Below are positions 5,974 through 6,740 of a DNA stretch of 6,740 nucleotides, one piece after another (position 1 is the first letter of the stretch; the number at the start of each line of letters is the position of its first letter). Both the position numbers and the translations under genes were made by a program. This stretch comes from Octopus sinensis (lineage: Eukaryota). A model generated the notes under the pieces. The model saw only the letters and a program-made list of their open reading frames with translations, was not told the origin of the DNA and did not search any database. The DNA lies in NCBI RefSeq assembly GCF_006345805.1, contig NW_021829216.1, positions 1 to 6,740 on the forward strand, in the 5' to 3' direction.

Positions 5974-6075
5974 ATATTATATTATGATATATATATATAT
6001 GTATATATATATGCATATGTGTATATATGTATACGTATATATATATATATATACTGTCTTCCCTCCTATATATAT

Positions 6076-6110
<35 letters not shown>

Positions 6111-6223
6111 TTTATATACCTTATATTATATATATATAATATATATGCATATATGTATATAAATATGTATATATCTATATTTTATTACATATATTGTTTA
6201 TATTATATTATATATATATATAT

Positions 6224-6259
<36 letters not shown>

Positions 6260-6284
6260 TATATAAAATGTATATATTTATACA

Positions 6285-6335
<51 letters not shown>

Positions 6336-6420
6336 AATATGTATATATTTATACCACATACATATATATATCTGAATATGCATTAAATTAATAATTATAT
6401 ATATATGTATATAATTATAT
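5974..6420. repeat. Very long interrupted (TA)n array
   Basis: Direct inspection. It is the source of the YIYI-type ORFs. Confidence 0.95.
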
Positions 6421-6624
6421 TAAGGGAGCAAGGGCGAAAAACATTCTATCTCCAACTTGCTTGAAAATGCCGAAGCACCTAGATACTACCGAAAAACTCC
6501 AAAATATACAGGGAGCGCGGTCGGGCGAGTGAAAGAATATTAATAAGATTTCACGCTAATAGTGAATTGGGTCCAATTTTTGGACTAAAGCTATAGAAAC
6601 AAGCTTTTTTTCCTTAGTCAACGT
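6421..6624. other. Unique ~200-bp island inserted in (TA)n; probable truncated mobile-element end
   Basis: Sharp borders with (TA)n on both sides and three short hairpins at 6550-6607. Class unknown. Confidence 0.45.
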
Positions 6625-6676
6625 AATATATATATACATATATATAATATATATATATATTATATATATAATATAT

Positions 6677-6714
<38 letters not shown>
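6625..6714. repeat. (TA)n array
   Basis: Direct inspection. Confidence 0.95.
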
Positions 6715-6740
6715 CTACTTCTGTCTTTGTGTGTGTTTGT

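Noticed and set aside
1023-6266. Remaining ORF-track entries (SLSL-, HTHT-, YIYI- and CVCV-type peptides)
   Set aside because: They are translations of microsatellites, low-complexity tracts and SINEs that happen to lack stop codons.
4685-6714. CRISPR-like array (repeats alternating with unique segments)
   Set aside because: The repeats are variable-length (TA)n tracts in eukaryotic DNA, the islands are 200-500 bp, and no cas genes are present.

Overview
No protein-coding gene is supported. This is AT-rich, repeat-dense eukaryotic intronic or intergenic DNA. The SINE types and the (TA)n/(CA)n density strongly resemble octopus (coleoid cephalopod) genomic DNA; this is my inference from recognition, not a search result. 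The listed ORFs are by-products of microsatellites and repeats, except that the end of 77..343(-) carries an RTE-like C-terminal peptide. Supported content: (1) a 405-bp RTE-LINE-derived insertion with a 10-bp target-site duplication (TSD) at 40-444(-); (2) two ~91%-identical tRNA-derived SINEs of family A in inverted orientation at 1373-1639(+) and 2146-2455(-); (3) two copies of a second SINE family B at 2845-3282(-) and 3988-4320(+); (4) a 170-bp foldback MITE with TA flanks at 3741-3910; (5) three non-repetitive islands embedded in long (TA)n arrays. One island holds a ~70-bp hairpin (5107-5266). Another (5480-5973) holds the best finding: an intact type I hammerhead ribozyme on the minus strand (5680-5775) with all core nucleotides canonical, a GUA cleavage triplet and a palindromic stem III of the Penelope/retrozyme type. 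The ribozyme is bracketed by a 10-bp direct repeat and by inverted arms whose second copy lacks it. All alignments and counts were done by hand.
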